Position numbers and translations under genes: made by a program
DNA from: an uncultured Phycisphaerales bacterium
GTDB taxonomy: Bacteria > Planctomycetota > Phycisphaerae > Tepidisphaerales > Tepidisphaeraceae
DNA: 64,000 nt
Direction: 5' to 3'
NCBI GenBank assembly: GCA_963755915.1
Contig: CAVWLP010000002.1
Location: forward strand, 3,904,001 to 3,968,000
Part shown: positions 61,915 through 64,000 of the stretch, piece by piece
Position numbering within the stretch: the first letter of the stretch is position 1
How the letters are laid out: each line of letters starts with the position of its first letter
Notes under the pieces: generated by a model
Told to the model about the DNA's origin: nothing
The model's database searches: none
What the model saw: only the letters and a program-made list of their open reading frames with translations

Positions 61915-62489
61915 TTCGGGCAGCGGGATGGTTTAATCTCGAAACTTACGGGGCCGTGGGCCCCTCAGGAAAATCGTGGCGGAAAACGTCGCCGGATTTG
62001 GAGCAGTCGAGCGACATCCTGGCGTTGGTGGAAAGGCCGGTGAAATATCTTTCGCGGATGACCGTCGAGACGCGCTGCTGTTTGTGCGCGGCGGCCCTGG
62101 CAATGAAGGCGGCGGATTGGAATGGCGGCGAAATCGGGTTGATCTCCTCTGGCGCCGAAGGCGTCGTGAACGCAAACGAGGAATATTTTCGCGATTATGT
62201 GGCGACGGGAAGGACGCTGGGACGGGGGAACCTTTTCATTTACACGCTGGCGACGAGCGCGCTTGGCGAAGTGGCGATTGCGCTGTCGCTCACGGGGCCC
62301 GCGATGTTTGTTCAGCATGACGTTGATCCGCTGGCGGCTTCAGTCGCAGATGCGGAGCAGATCGTCGCCGATGGCGAGGCGAAGGGAATGCTGGCGATCT
62401 GGAGCGACGCGAATTCGGCGATTTGCTACGCTGTTGCCGCGGGTGCGGGCGGGATTGAGTTGGGCGACATTCAAGCGGCGATTCGATGA
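61911..62489 (+). CDS. ketosynthase N-terminal / chain-length-factor-like protein
   Basis: LFIYTLATSALGEVAIALSLTGP; short, lacks the catalytic His pair; coupled to the upstream KS. Confidence 0.7.
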   Translation: MIRAAGWFNLETYGAVGPSGKSWRKTSPDLEQSSDILALVERPVKYLSRMTVETRCCLCAAALAMKAADWNGGEIGLISSGAEGVVNANEEYFRDYVATGRTLGRGNLFIYTLATSALGEVAIALSLTGPAMFVQHDVDPLAASVADAEQIVADGEAKGMLAIWSDANSAICYAVAAGAGGIELGDIQAAIR

Positions 62490-63568
62490 CACGCGTCTGC
62501 TGCGCCATCCCGGTTTTTAACAACGCCCGTACCATCGCGGATGTCGTGCAGCGATGTTTACAGCAGATAAGCGACGTCATTGTGGTGGATGACGGCAGCA
62601 CGGATGCGGATTTGATGGAATTGCTCAAGCCCCTGGGAGCGAGCGTTGTGCGGCATCCGCATAACCTGGGCAAGGGGGAGGCGATCAAGACAGCGCTGCG
62701 CGAGGCGGATCGGCGCGGATTTGAAAACGTGATTACGCTGGATGGGGATGGTCAGCATTTTCCCGAAGACATTCCCCAGTTTCTTTCGCGGCTCGGGCCG
62801 GAGACGATCTTCATCGGGCATCGGGAGGAGGTTGTCGGCACGATGCCACCGGCGAGCCTGTTTGGGCGGGACTTTTCAGATTTCTGGGTCTGCGTCGAAA
62901 CGGGCTGGAAAGTGAGCGATACGCAGAGCGGGTTTCGGGCCTATCCCGTGAAGAGCGTTCTGGGATTGCCGGTGAGTTCCAGGCATTACAATTTTGAGGT
63001 GGAGGTGGTCACGCGGGCGATCTGGGCGGGGATGAAAATCGAATCGGTGCCGATCCGGGTCGAATATCAGCAAGGGGCCGAGCGGGTTTCCAGCTTTGAT
63101 CCGCTGCGCGATAATGCCCGGTTATCGTGGATGCACGCCCGGCTGGTTTTGCGGCAGGTCTTGCCGATTCCGCATCGGAGAAATGTCGGCGTGGAGAGAA
63201 AATGGAACCTCGCGGGCTCTTTGACGCAGAATTCAACGCCGCTGGGGCTGGCCTTTACCGCGGCGATCAGTGCGCTGCTGGGGATTCTGCTGTGGCCCTG
63301 GGGAATCGTGGCGGTAGCCTATTTTGCGGTTCGATTGCATCTGAACAAAATCGCCGCGCTGATTACCCTGGCACTTTGTATGCCGGAGGGATTGGCCCGG
63401 CTGTGCGCGAGGATCGGGAGGCCGATGGTACAGATTGATTCGAGCTTTGCGTGGGCGCGGTTTGTAGGGGCACACGTCGTGGCACTGGTAGCCGTGCCGG
63501 CGGCGGCGATCCTGGTGTATGCCGTCGCCAGGACTTTTCAGAGGAGCGTCGCCCGTGAACATCGTTGA
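62486..63568 (+). CDS. glycosyltransferase family 2 with DUF2062-like TM tail
   Basis: IPVFNN, VDDGSTD, NLGKG, LDGDGQH, DTQSGFRAYP. Confidence 0.9.
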   Translation: MTRVCCAIPVFNNARTIADVVQRCLQQISDVIVVDDGSTDADLMELLKPLGASVVRHPHNLGKGEAIKTALREADRRGFENVITLDGDGQHFPEDIPQFLSRLGPETIFIGHREEVVGTMPPASLFGRDFSDFWVCVETGWKVSDTQSGFRAYPVKSVLGLPVSSRHYNFEVEVVTRAIWAGMKIESVPIRVEYQQGAERVSSFDPLRDNARLSWMHARLVLRQVLPIPHRRNVGVERKWNLAGSLTQNSTPLGLAFTAAISALLGILLWPWGIVAVAYFAVRLHLNKIAALITLALCMPEGLARLCARIGRPMVQIDSSFAWARFVGAHVVALVAVPAAAILVYAVARTFQRSVAREHR

Positions 63569-64000
63569 GAGAATCCGACTGGAGACGCGCGAATTGGGCC
63601 ATCGCATTGCGATTGTCGAAGGAGAGCGCACGATCACCTATCGCGATCTGCTGGATGCGATCGGGAAGTTGAGCGGGAAACTGAAGGAGCTGGGAATCGC
63701 GGCAGGCCAGCGGATTGCGTTTCGGTGTGCGGACGGGATTGATTACGTCATCGGGGCATTGGCCCTGCTCGAGACGGGGGCGGCGGTCGTGCCGCTAGCG
63801 GATTCGCTGACGGAGGATGAGATCATTGAAACGATTGAGCGGATCGATGTCGCAGGCGTGCTCACGCATGTGAGTCTTCAGCCGACGAAGGGAGAAGAGG
63901 GGTCGAAGGGCATTGATGAAATGTTTCGGTGGGTATCGAGGGCTTCGGGCGAAGAGTTGAACGCACGCTGCCGCGAGATTGGGGCGGCATTTATCCGGTT
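63555..64000 (+). CDS. class I adenylate-forming (AMP-binding) enzyme, 3' partial
   Basis: GTG start, open to the window end: IAIVEGERTITYRDL...GIAAGQRIA...GAAVVPL. Confidence 0.8.
   Translation, partial: MNIVERIRLETRELGHRIAIVEGERTITYRDLLDAIGKLSGKLKELGIAAGQRIAFRCADGIDYVIGALALLETGAAVVPLADSLTEDEIIETIERIDVAGVLTHVSLQPTKGEEGSKGIDEMFRWVSRASGEELNARCREIGAAFIR

Overview
GC-rich bacterial DNA, most likely Planctomycetota (Phycisphaerae/Tepidisphaerales-like; inferred from the PEP-CTERM/dockerin-like protein and the integrase and MobF styles). About 20 genes carry single-base frameshifts, consistent with an unpolished long-read assembly. Left to right: (1) 1-8050 core-like genes (PEP-CTERM protein, two paralogous lipase-like lipoproteins around an HD-GYP gene, FHA-GAF histidine kinase, fabI). 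(2) 8240-12946 a compact type II-C CRISPR-Cas9 locus: divergent tracrRNA, ~1009-aa cas9, cas1, cas2 and a two-spacer array whose last repeat runs into a perfect 32-bp palindrome. (3) 14132-30144 a 16-kb element integrated in tRNA-Gly(GCC), bounded by 30-bp direct repeats. It carries a tyrosine integrase, excisionase, ParDE-like TA, WGR protein, resolvase, MobF relaxase, ParA/ParG (parG split by an IS21), a RepL-like replicon with iterons and a DnaA box, and an O-acyltransferase. The attachment site lies inside the integrase gene, so excision would swap a 5-aa tail for a 59-aa tail stored at the other end of the island; this is the most notable finding. (4) 30239-40057 envelope/carbohydrate genes, including a triple-repeat AsmA-like protein. 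(5) 40096 to the window end, an aryl-polyene/flexirubin-like type II FAS/PKS cluster with an ammonia-lyase and a degenerate radical SAM-SPASM-hotdog fusion. All calls are from reading the sequence; no database search was run.
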